Positions 37,009 through 45,611 of a stretch of DNA of 64,000 nt are shown here, in pieces; within the stretch, counting starts at the first letter, position 1; each line of letters opens with the position of its first letter. A model generated the notes under the pieces. That model worked only from the letters and a program-made list of their open reading frames with translations, was not told where the DNA came from and searched no databases. A program made the position numbers and the translations under genes. The stretch is taken from assembly GCA_021813655.1 (NCBI GenBank), contig JAKAJU010000189.1:2229-66228 (forward strand), written 5' to 3'. Source of the DNA: Chloroflexota bacterium. Its GTDB lineage: Bacteria; Chloroflexota; Limnocylindria; Limnocylindrales; CSP1-4.

Positions 37009-38430
37009 CTAGCTGTTCTTGGCGGGTGCCGGCGTGGTGTCGGGACCCCCACCGGAGGTGGCGGTCGCGAGTCGGTCGGCGACGTCGCGGATGAGCGGGA
37101 CGGGGTGGTTCTCGTTCGGGCGTCCCGGGTCCGGCACATCGCGAACCCAGTGCGTCTTCGCGAACGCCTCGACCATCTGCGGGTCGAACTGGATGCCGGC
37201 GAAGCGTCGCAGCTCGGCGAGAGCCTGCGTGTGCGTCAGCGGCGTCATCCGGTACGGGCGGGCGGCCGTCATCGCCTCGTACGCGTCCGCCACCGCGAGG
37301 ATCCGCGCGAGTTCCGGGATCTCCATCCCCACGAGGCGGTCCGGGTAGCCCGACCCGTTGAACCATTCGTGGTGGTGGCGGATGAGGGGCACGACCGGGG
37401 CCAGCTTCGTGACCGGGCCGATGATGTTCGCACCCATGACCGGGTGCGCGTTCATCAGCGCGCGCTCCTCCTTCGTGAGCGTCCCCGGCTTCAGGAGCAC
37501 CGAATCCGGCACGCCGATCTTCCCGACGTCGTGCAGCAGGCCGCCCCACTCGAGAGAGTCGAGATCGGCCGCGGAGACCTTCCGGACGCGCCCGATGTCG
37601 ACAGACATCGTCATCACCCGGCGGCTGTGGTTCGACGTGAACTTGTCGCGGGCGTCGACTGCCTCGGCCAGCACCTCGATCGTCTGCGTGAACATCTCGC
37701 GCATCTCGACGAAGCGGTGATACGCGACGCGGGTGGTGTAGAGCGGGACGGCGAAGAGAAGCGTGGCCCAGGAGAGCACCTGATACATCTGTGCCATGAG
37801 CCACGCGAGCGGGACAAGGAACAGCAGGTTCGTGTACAGCTCAGCGTCTGCGCGGATGATTGTCGACAGTCGGGCGCCCGTCCGGAGAGCGACCACATTG
37901 CTGGCGAGCACCAAGTTCAGCACAAAGAAGACGGATGCTCCGACAGCAGCCGTAGCGATCCCCAGAAGCGCCTGGAGCGGGTCGGCCGATGGCTGGCTCG
38001 GCTGCAAGCCAAAGGCCGATCCGGCACCCCAGATGACCAGTCCTCCGACGATCGCGGGCAGCACCACCCCGGCGTGGTTCGATAGCGTCCCGTACCACGG
38101 GATGTCGCCGCGGAGTTCCCGCATCTCCGTCGCGCCGATGAGCGCGACCCACCCAGCCGCGGTGGGTCCGCCAAGAATCATGGCAACAACCACGGGGGCC
38201 GTGGCTACGTTCACCCGCGTCCCACTGGCCAGCTGAACTGGCATCGCAGATAGCAGCAGAGTCACAAACGTCCAGAACGCGACGCCTGCGATGAGCCCAG
38301 CCTGAGCCGACAGATCGATGCCGCTGGGCGCGATCCATTCCTGAATAGGAATCGTGAGGCTCGTGGCTGCCAGCGCGACGGCGCTGACGCCCACGAGCCC
38401 CGAGATGTAGGCCTTGAGGGGTGTCGTCAC
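37009..38430 (-). CDS. 7TM-receptor HD-GYP domain cyclic-di-GMP phosphodiesterase
   Basis: The N-terminal 7TM region is followed by HDVGKIGVPDSVLLKPG...HHEWFNGSGYPDRL, which gives the HD and GYP signatures. Confidence 0.85.
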   Translation of the reverse strand: MTTPLKAYISGLVGVSAVALAATSLTIPIQEWIAPSGIDLSAQAGLIAGVAFWTFVTLLLSAMPVQLASGTRVNVATAPVVVAMILGGPTAAGWVALIGATEMRELRGDIPWYGTLSNHAGVVLPAIVGGLVIWGAGSAFGLQPSQPSADPLQALLGIATAAVGASVFFVLNLVLASNVVALRTGARLSTIIRADAELYTNLLFLVPLAWLMAQMYQVLSWATLLFAVPLYTTRVAYHRFVEMREMFTQTIEVLAEAVDARDKFTSNHSRRVMTMSVDIGRVRKVSAADLDSLEWGGLLHDVGKIGVPDSVLLKPGTLTKEERALMNAHPVMGANIIGPVTKLAPVVPLIRHHHEWFNGSGYPDRLVGMEIPELARILAVADAYEAMTAARPYRMTPLTHTQALAELRRFAGIQFDPQMVEAFAKTHWVRDVPDPGRPNENHPVPLIRDVADRLATATSGGGPDTTPAPAKNS

Positions 38431-38944
38431 CTGTGCCAGTACCGCTCCCTCGGTGCGCCGCTCCGGTAGAGACTACCTCCCGGTGGCGCCTGGGGGAACG
38501 GAACGCGGGCTAGAAACCCTTCAGAGAGGCCCCACCAGCCAGCGCAGCTGCAGCAACCGCGCCGACGGCCGTGATGAGGCGGAGGATCCTGAACTTCATC
38601 TAGCGATACCTCTGCCGCTCTCGACCTGCCTACCAGCCCTTGACGAAGGACTCGATCCGCACGCTCGTACCTCCTGCGGCCTCCTGTTCGCAAAACAGGA
38701 AACCGACCTGACTCGGGGTCGGTCGGTTGCACTAGTCGCTCTGCCCTTCCCTAAGTGCCCAGTTCAGGAGGGGCTTCGAAGCGTCCGAGCGTCAATTCGT
38801 GCCGCTAGTACTTTCGTACTGCCAGCGCACCGGACTATAGGCGGCCGCTCGCGGAAGGGTCAATAAGCACGCATGCCTATCGACTCTCCGCCGTCTGCCG
38901 TATTCTCGACCGACAGCCGCCAACCGTCGCACACCAGTTGCGGG

Positions 38945-41900
38945 CTACAGCGCGTCTATGGGAGGCACCTCAAGACCGAACTCGGCTCTCTGTACCTGCG
39001 CGTAGTGCGCGTACTGCTCGGCCGCCGCCGCGAAGGCGCCCATGCACCGGTAGAGCCGTATCGCAGTTCGCTCAATGCTCTCCGCCGTGGAGTCCACATC
39101 CAGCACACGGTGCGCCAGGTACAGTGCGTTGGGGTAGTCCCCAGCTTCGGTGAACCGCAGGATCGCTCGCTCCATCGCCTCGAGATACCGCGCGTGCAGG
39201 TAGTCTCGATGCGTTGTCGCCCAGTCCTCGTACTCGAAGTCCAGTGCGAACCGACCGCCGTAGCTCTCCGCGAGGATCGAGACGGAGTCGTCGGATTCCG
39301 CGGACGCCTTCGACCTGAGCAGGACGAGGCAGGATTGGGAATCCGCCTTTACCAATTCCGTGTCGAACCACACCATGTCCTGGTCGCTCATCACGTACCC
39401 AGGCGTGGTCTCGTCGTGGTAGTCAGGCTCGAGGACGCGTCGGAGGAAGTACACCGTTTGGTTCAGCGAATTGGACGCCAGCTCTGGTGTGAGGTCAGGC
39501 CAGATCGCGTCAAGCACCTGCTCGCGCGTTGCCGTCATCTCGGGGCGGGTACACAGGTAGCACACCAAGCTGAGCACCTTGCGCCTGATGCTGGAGCCCG
39601 CGAGGACGGTGTCCCCGACGGCTACGGAGACCGCGCCAAGGTCGTGTATCTCTACCCGCGGTGCCACTCGACGGGCAAGTCGCCGCACGCTCACGTCGAC
39701 TTCGCGGAGTCTCCGGACGCGTCTCCCTGCTTCACGGAGCGGCGCAACGTCACGACTCGAACCCACCGATTCGAGCACCCTGGCTGCTTCGACGACCGAC
39801 TCCGCGGACCCTGTCGCCAGAACGTCGCGCAAGGCAGACGCCCACCGCGCGGGACGCTCCCCAGCGGCCGTCGCCACGACCGCCTCGGATTCTGTGTTGA
39901 GTAGCGGAAGATAGGGCGCAACGACCTCAGCGAAGGCCGACAGAAGCGCTGCGTCACGTCGAGCAATGTCGAGGACGGCATGCGACATCACGCTCCGGTC
40001 CGCACTGGACGCCGCCAAGGCGAGTTGTGCCTTGGCGGCCCAGTAGTCGGCGCCCTGTGCCCTTGCCACCGACAGGGCCCTCCGACACAGTGAGGCGGCT
40101 TCGGGTTGTCCTCGTCGCACGGCCAAGACGGCAACGGAGGCGGCAAGGTGACTAACGGCGCCGACATCGAGAGCCCCGCTTGACGGCTCAGCCTGCTCAA
40201 GAAGCCTGGCAGCATCCTCGAGGGCGCCGAGGCGAACCGCGTTCTCCGCGCGAGCAAGGGGCAGCATCGCGTCACCGGGAACCCAACCCGACGGCAGATT
40301 CTCGCTTCCTAGCTGCAGCCACGAGTCGGCCTGCTCCGGGTCGATGTACGCACCGAGCACGTCCGCGCCCTCAGCGAGCACCTCGTCCATGATTCCCAGA
40401 CTGCCGAGATCGCGTGCGGCCTCCAGGTCGCTCATCGCTTCCTGCGGCCGGTTCAGGTGGGCGAGGGCCCACGCCCGAGCAAGGTGAGCGGAGCTCCGCT
40501 CGATTGACGCGGCCGAGTCGCCGAACGCCGCCAGCGCCTCGTTGGCACACTCGAGCGCTGCGTCTGCGCGGCCCTGAACGCGACAGACGAACGCGAGGTT
40601 GAGGAGCGTTACGCCCCGGTAGTGGCGGCCGGACGCCTCCGTCTGAAGAGTGAGGGCGGCCCGCAGCCGCTCCTCCGCGAGTGTCAGGCTGCCGCCCCGC
40701 GACACGTCAATAAGGGCACTCGTGCCGAGTGCGATCGGGACAAGGTACGGCTCGTCCTCCAGCTCGCTCACGGTCGCCGCCAGTGCCCGGGCCTTCTCGA
40801 AGTCGCCCGCGAAGAAGTGGATCGTCATCAGGTTCGCGAGCGCCAGGTGCCGGTCCGGGCCCGGGGCCTCGAGCTCCGCGACCGCGCGCTCCGCGCGCAG
40901 GATCGCGTCGTCCACGCGGCCGCTCCGGAGCTCGCGGCGCGAGAGGATGATGTCGAACCAGGGCGTCTCGTCCGCCGTCGGGAACCGGCTGATGTAGCTC
41001 TCGGCGTAGGAGTAGTCGCCGGCGGACATGATCGAGCGCGTGGCGGCGACGAGCACTCGGTGGAGGTCGTCGGCGTCGCCGGCCTCGGCGTAGTGGTGTG
41101 CTGCACGCCGCCAGTCGATCGGCTCGGCGGCCGCCGCGATCCGCAGGTGGACAGCCCGCACGCCGTCGGCGCCGATCTCCCGCGCCAGCCGCGCGGTGAG
41201 GAACCCGCGCACGAGCGGGTGATACTGGGCGCCGCTGCGCGCGGAGCGACCGCGGCCCATCGACAGGAGGCCGAGGCGCTGCGCCTGCGCGATGTCCTCG
41301 ACCGCGGTCGCCCGGTCGACGTCCGCGGCATCCATCGCGGGGCCGACCTCGACGTCGACGAGCAGTGACGTCCGCATGAGGAAGGACCGGAGGTCCGGGT
41401 CGAGGTCCCCCACGACCTCCTCGGCGAGGTAGTCGTAGAGGGGACCCTCCGTCGCGGAGAGGTCGCGGATGAAGCGGCGGACCTCGCGGTCCGAACGGTC
41501 ACGGATCGCGGCGCGCACGAGGTTGAGGGAGGCGACCCATCCTTCGGTGCGCTCCTCGAGCGCGGCGAGGGACTCACGATCGAGCGGGCGCCGGTACGTC
41601 TCGCGAAAGAGAGTCTCGGTCTCGGCGTGATCGAACCGGAGGTCGTCCGCCGTGAGTTCCGCGACCTCTCCGTGCGTGCGCAGACGCGCGAGCGCGACCG
41701 GCGGGCGCTGGCGGCCCGAGAGGACGACTGTCATCCGGTCCGGCGCGCGGGCGACGATCTCGCGGAGTGCGTGCTGGACCTCCGGTGCGTGGTCGAGTGC
41801 CTGGACGTCGTCGAAGATCAGCACCGTGGGCTCGTCCGTGAGTGCCGAAAGCTCCCGGACGAAGGTGTCGACGAGCACGCTCGCGGGCGTGGCGAGCGTG

Positions 41901-42202
41901 CCGATGTCACGAAGGAGTCCCGCAGTCGTCTCGCCGACCTCGGGCGCCACCCGGCGGCAGGCGGTGAGCAGGTATCGGACGAACGTGACGACGTCGCCGT
42001 CGTCCTCGTCGAGCTGGTGCCAGATGGTCCGGATCCGCGTCCGCCGGGCGAAGTCGGCCAGAAGCGTGGTCTTCCCGTAGCCGGCCTCGGCGACGACCGT
42101 GACCACGCGCCGGTGGATCTTCGCGTCGAGCCAGTCCAGCAGCCGTGATCGCGACAGGACGTCCGCTCGGAGCTGGGGCGGCTGGGTCTTGCTCAACCGC
42201 AT
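38945..42202 (-). CDS. STAND NTPase transcriptional regulator with a C-terminal SARP module (wHTH + BTAD)
   Basis: The MalT-like N-terminus (MRLSKTQPPQLRADVLSRSRLLDWL...VVTVVAEAGYGKTTLLADF) carries Walker A and B motifs, and is followed by TPR-like helical repeats. The C-terminus is an OmpR/PhoB-type winged helix (RRKVLSLVCYLCTRPEMTATREQVLDAIWPD...LNQTVYFLRRVLEPD) followed by BTAD (FEYEDWATTHRDYLHARYLEA...). The start is uncertain (M at 42202 or 42289, no good SD). Confidence 0.7.
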   Translation of the reverse strand: MRLSKTQPPQLRADVLSRSRLLDWLDAKIHRRVVTVVAEAGYGKTTLLADFARRTRIRTIWHQLDEDDGDVVTFVRYLLTACRRVAPEVGETTAGLLRDIGTLATPASVLVDTFVRELSALTDEPTVLIFDDVQALDHAPEVQHALREIVARAPDRMTVVLSGRQRPPVALARLRTHGEVAELTADDLRFDHAETETLFRETYRRPLDRESLAALEERTEGWVASLNLVRAAIRDRSDREVRRFIRDLSATEGPLYDYLAEEVVGDLDPDLRSFLMRTSLLVDVEVGPAMDAADVDRATAVEDIAQAQRLGLLSMGRGRSARSGAQYHPLVRGFLTARLAREIGADGVRAVHLRIAAAAEPIDWRRAAHHYAEAGDADDLHRVLVAATRSIMSAGDYSYAESYISRFPTADETPWFDIILSRRELRSGRVDDAILRAERAVAELEAPGPDRHLALANLMTIHFFAGDFEKARALAATVSELEDEPYLVPIALGTSALIDVSRGGSLTLAEERLRAALTLQTEASGRHYRGVTLLNLAFVCRVQGRADAALECANEALAAFGDSAASIERSSAHLARAWALAHLNRPQEAMSDLEAARDLGSLGIMDEVLAEGADVLGAYIDPEQADSWLQLGSENLPSGWVPGDAMLPLARAENAVRLGALEDAARLLEQAEPSSGALDVGAVSHLAASVAVLAVRRGQPEAASLCRRALSVARAQGADYWAAKAQLALAASSADRSVMSHAVLDIARRDAALLSAFAEVVAPYLPLLNTESEAVVATAAGERPARWASALRDVLATGSAESVVEAARVLESVGSSRDVAPLREAGRRVRRLREVDVSVRRLARRVAPRVEIHDLGAVSVAVGDTVLAGSSIRRKVLSLVCYLCTRPEMTATREQVLDAIWPDLTPELASNSLNQTVYFLRRVLEPDYHDETTPGYVMSDQDMVWFDTELVKADSQSCLVLLRSKASAESDDSVSILAESYGGRFALDFEYEDWATTHRDYLHARYLEAMERAILRFTEAGDYPNALYLAHRVLDVDSTAESIERTAIRLYRCMGAFAAAAEQYAHYAQVQRAEFGLEVPPIDAL

Positions 42203-42499
42203 CGGAGGATCGGTCACCGCCCAGTACGCGGCCGTCCGACCCTGGTGCGGCGGCGCGCCCCCGGGTCCGACCGGGACGCGTGCCGCCATCCCCCCAGCGC
42301 CGGAATCGGCCTGTGCGGACGATACAGGCGTTTCGAACGGCGCGTGACTCTCCCGCGTCGTGCACGGACGTTGAGTTGTCGCTGAGATTCGGTAGGAGGG
42401 CGGCATGGTCGGGCGATGGTGCCCGACCCGAATCACCCGCGGATCACCACGGACACGCCGAGGCCACTCCTCGGGGGGCTACTCAGCCCCCCGCGCGGG

Positions 42500-42703
42500 T
42501 CAGCTCTCGTATTCGAAGGTGATCTTCACCTCGACGAGGTACTCGACGATCTCTCCGTCCTCGACGCGCGCGGTGGACTTCACGACCTCCACCTGGCGGA
42601 TGTTCCTGACAGTCCGGGACGCCCGGGTGACAGCCTGACGCGCCGCGTCGCTCCACGACGTGGGGCTCGTTCCGACCATCTCGCGGATGATGAGAACTCC
42701 CAT
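42500..42703 (-). CDS. Dodecin family flavin-binding protein
   Basis: 67 aa. MGVLIIREMVGTSPTSWSDAARQAVTRASRTVRNIRQVEVV...EYLVEVKITFEY matches dodecin. An AGGAGG SD lies 7 nt upstream. Confidence 0.75.
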   Translation of the reverse strand: MGVLIIREMVGTSPTSWSDAARQAVTRASRTVRNIRQVEVVKSTARVEDGEIVEYLVEVKITFEYES

Positions 42704-42748
42704 CGAAGCCTCCTGTTCGGGACGCCGCTCTGGGGCGCCCCGGGCAGT

Positions 42749-44098
42749 CTAGGCGGCCCCCGCCGCCGCCCTGTCCCCGGCGTACCCCACGAAGCGCGTC
42801 TGTCGCTTCTTGAACCAGAGCTGGAGCTCTCCCGTCGGTCCGTTGCGGTGTTTGGCGAGACGGACGTTCACCATCTCGCCGTCGGCGTCCGCGTCGTCGG
42901 GCTTCTCCTTGTCGCGCCAGAGGAAGATGACGAGGTCGGCGTCCTGCTCGATCGCGCCCGATTCGCGCAGGTCGGAGAGCCGCGGCTCCTTGGACTCGCG
43001 CATCTCGGCCTGGCGCGAGAGCTGCGAGAGAGCGACGACCGGGATGCTCAGCTCGCGCGCGAGCGCCTTGAGCCCGCGCGAGATCTCGGAGACCTCCTGG
43101 ACCCGGTTCGCGTCGCGGCTCTGCACGGTCGCCTGCATGAGCTGGAGATAGTCGACGACGATCAGGTCGAGGCCCGATTCCGCCTGCAGCCGTCGGGCCT
43201 TGGTGCGCAGCTCCATCGTGGAGATGTTGGGCGTGTCATCGATGTAGATGGGCGCCTCGGACAGGGCATTCATCGCGGGTGCGATGCGGGCGAAGTCCAT
43301 CTCCTCGAGGAATCCGCTCCGAAGCCGCTGGGAATCGATGTTCGCCACGCTCGAGAGGAGGCGCAGGACGAGCTGCTCCTTGCTCATCTCGAGGCTGAAG
43401 ATGCCGACCGACTTCCCGTCGCGGACGGCCGCGTGCTCGGCGACGTTGAGAGCGAAGCTTGTCTTGCCCACGCTCGGGCGCGCCGCGAGGACGACGAGGT
43501 CGCTCTTCTGGAGGCCGGTCGTGAGGGCGTCGAGGTCCGCGAACCCGGTGCGGACGCCGCTCACCTCGCCGCGGTGCGCGTGGAGATAGTCGAGGCGGTC
43601 GTACGCGTCATGGAGGAGGATGCGCAGCCGCGCGAAGCCGTCGTCCACCCGGCGCTGGCTGACGGCGAACAGCTCCTGTTCGGCTCGGTCGATCGCCGCC
43701 TGCACGTCCGCGCCGTCCTCGTACCCGATCGCAGCGACCTTCCCGGCCGCGGCGATGAGGTTGCGGAGGACTGCCTTGCGCTCGACGATCCGTGCGTAGT
43801 GCATCGCGTGGACGGCGGTGGGCGTCCGGTTCGAGAGGGTCGACAGGTATGCGCGACCGCCGACCGCCTCGAGCTGGTCGGCGCGCTCGAGTGTCTCGGC
43901 GACGGTGACGATGTCGACCGGCTCGCGCCGCTCGAAGAGCTCGAACATCGCGCCGTAGACGGTCCCGTTCGCCTGCCGGTAGAAGTCCTCGGGGCGCAGG
44001 AACTCGGCGATCTCGACGATCGCGTCGCGGTCGATGAGGATGGCGCCGAGGACCGATTCCTCGGCTTCGACGCTCTGGGGCGGCAGGCGGTCGATCAC
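42749..44098 (-). CDS. dnaB: Replicative DNA helicase DnaB
   Basis: N-terminal PPQSVEAEESVLGAILID, Walker A motif ARPSVGKTSFALN, and the RecA-like motifs ...IVVDYLQLM... No intein is present. Confidence 0.9.
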   Translation of the reverse strand: MIDRLPPQSVEAEESVLGAILIDRDAIVEIAEFLRPEDFYRQANGTVYGAMFELFERREPVDIVTVAETLERADQLEAVGGRAYLSTLSNRTPTAVHAMHYARIVERKAVLRNLIAAAGKVAAIGYEDGADVQAAIDRAEQELFAVSQRRVDDGFARLRILLHDAYDRLDYLHAHRGEVSGVRTGFADLDALTTGLQKSDLVVLAARPSVGKTSFALNVAEHAAVRDGKSVGIFSLEMSKEQLVLRLLSSVANIDSQRLRSGFLEEMDFARIAPAMNALSEAPIYIDDTPNISTMELRTKARRLQAESGLDLIVVDYLQLMQATVQSRDANRVQEVSEISRGLKALARELSIPVVALSQLSRQAEMRESKEPRLSDLRESGAIEQDADLVIFLWRDKEKPDDADADGEMVNVRLAKHRNGPTGELQLWFKKRQTRFVGYAGDRAAAGAA

Positions 44099-44264
44099 TC
44101 GTGACTCCGGTCTGGGGTGCGACGGGACCGATCATGCGTCCCCGCCCGGCCGGAAGCCACCGACTTACCCACGACCTCGTCCACGAAGATCGGATACCCG
44201 GCTCGCCGTCGTGGGCGGCGTGTGCACAGACTGTGGATTCCGCGCACGGTCCCGCCGACGCGGG

Positions 44265-44945
44265 TCAGTCGAGCCGGCGGATGACGCCGATGAGCTTCCC
44301 CTGGATCCGCACCTCGTCGTAGAACTGCGGCGGGTAGTCCGGGTTGGCCGGCTGGAGGCGGATGCGCCCCTGCTCGCGGAAGAACCGCTTGAGCGTGACT
44401 GCGTTCTCCTCCACCTGGGCGACGACGATGTCCCCGTTCCTGGCCGTCTGCTGCGGCCGGATGACGACGTAGTCCCCGTCGGTGATGTGCGCCTCGATCA
44501 TCGAGTCGCCCCGGACGCGGAGGAGATAGGCGTCGCCGTCCGGAGACAGCATCCCCGGCACCGGCACCGTCTCGGAGACATCCTGGTAGGCCTCGATCGG
44601 TCCACCGGCGGCGATCTCGCCGACGACCGGCAGCACGTGGGAGGCGCCCGCTGTGGAGGACTGGGCGATCTCCAGCTGCAGGCCGAGCATGATCGCGGCT
44701 GCCGGGGTGAGCCGCAGGGCGCGTGGCTGCGCGGCCCGATGGGCAGCATCCGGGCCGTCGAGATAGACACGCTCGAGGTACCCGTCGCGCTCCAGGGCCT
44801 GGAGATGGTGGTGGACGGCCGACGTGGACGCGAGGTCCACGGCGCGCGCGATGTCCCGGATGGACGGAGGGAAGCCGGTCTCGCGGGTGGTGGCCGCGAT
44901 GTACTCGAGGATCCGCCGCTTACGCTCAGCGTCGTGCTTGGTCAC
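44265..44945 (-). CDS. lexA: LexA repressor
   Basis: N-terminal wHTH (RETGFPPSIRDIARAV), a cleavage site in ...VPVVGEIAAGGP..., and the S24 peptidase Ser/Lys (VRGDSM...KRF). Confidence 0.9.
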   Translation of the reverse strand: MTKHDAERKRRILEYIAATTRETGFPPSIRDIARAVDLASTSAVHHHLQALERDGYLERVYLDGPDAAHRAAQPRALRLTPAAAIMLGLQLEIAQSSTAGASHVLPVVGEIAAGGPIEAYQDVSETVPVPGMLSPDGDAYLLRVRGDSMIEAHITDGDYVVIRPQQTARNGDIVVAQVEENAVTLKRFFREQGRIRLQPANPDYPPQFYDEVRIQGKLIGVIRRLD

Positions 44946-44972
44946 CGGGACCTCCTTCGGACGCCAGACTAC

Positions 44973-44986
44973 CGAACGGGTGTTCG
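44973..44986. promoter_or_regulatory. LexA (Cheo-type) box CGAACGGGTGTTCG, embedded in the lexA promoter spacer
   Basis: Perfect CGAAC-N4-GTTCG palindrome. On the minus strand it lies between TTGACA (44989-44994) and TAGTCT (44966-44971), 17 nt apart. That is the classic architecture of an autoregulated SOS promoter. Confidence 0.6.
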
Positions 44987-45107
44987 ATTGTCAAGGGCCG
45001 GCGGGATCGCGCGCGGGCGACGGACGCCGCTGCTGGTACACTTCCGGTCCCCGGGTGCGCCGGCGATACCCGCGCGTCCGCGAAGACAGCATGGAGGATT
45101 CTCTCGC

Positions 45108-45554
45108 GTGAAGGTCATCCTGACCGCCGACGTGGCGAAGCTCGGCAAGTCGGGCGAGATGCGTGACGTCGCGGACGGCTACGCCCGCAACTTCCTCATC
45201 CCGCAGCGCAAGGCCGTGCCGGCGTCGGGCGGCGCGTATCGCGCCTGGCAGCACGACATCGCCAGCCGCGAGGAGAAGCGCAAGCGCGAGCGCGAGGAGG
45301 CCGAGGTCGCCGCGAACCGGATCTCGAGCACGACGCTGACCATGGGCGTGAAGGTGGGCGAGGGCGGCAAGCTCTACGGCTCGATCACCGCCCAGGACAT
45401 CGCCGACGCGCTCGGCCGCCGCGGGATCACGGTCGACAAGCACAAGATCGACCTCGAGGCGCCGCTCAAGACCCTCGGCACGTACAAGGTGCCGGTGAAG
45501 GTCCACGCGGGCATGACGCCCGAGGTGACCATCGTCGTCGAGCCGAAGGGCTGA
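45108..45554 (+). CDS. rplI: 50S ribosomal protein L9
   Basis: VKVILTADVAKLGKSGEMRDVADGYARNFLIPQ... is the canonical L9 N-terminus. GTG start follows a GGAGGATT SD. Confidence 0.9.
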   Translation: MKVILTADVAKLGKSGEMRDVADGYARNFLIPQRKAVPASGGAYRAWQHDIASREEKRKREREEAEVAANRISSTTLTMGVKVGEGGKLYGSITAQDIADALGRRGITVDKHKIDLEAPLKTLGTYKVPVKVHAGMTPEVTIVVEPKG

Positions 45555-45611
45555 CGGCCCGGCGATCCGATCCGGGGTCACGGCCCGGGCGGCGGATCGC
45601 CCGTCACGCGC

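Noticed and set aside
38431-38944. tRNA, tmRNA or RNase P gene in the AT-richer intergenic island, and likewise in 62225..62948
   Set aside because: No T-loop GTTCGAATC-like element, no tmRNA 5' GGGGCUGAUUC-like motif, and no RNase P GGAAAGUCCGG-like element are seen on either strand.
38945-42436. The two STAND NTPases as antiphage Avs/NLR-like defence proteins
   Set aside because: Both carry only DNA-binding output domains (SARP wHTH+BTAD, or XRE plus LuxR HTH) and no nuclease, protease, TIR or other effector domain. They are more consistent with ATP-dependent transcription factors.
42203-42436. N-terminal 78 codons of the STAND-SARP ORF-track entry
   Set aside because: This Pro/Arg/Thr-rich segment precedes the conserved MalT-like start (MRLSKTQPPQLR...) and has no SD. 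It is probably 5' UTR read in frame.
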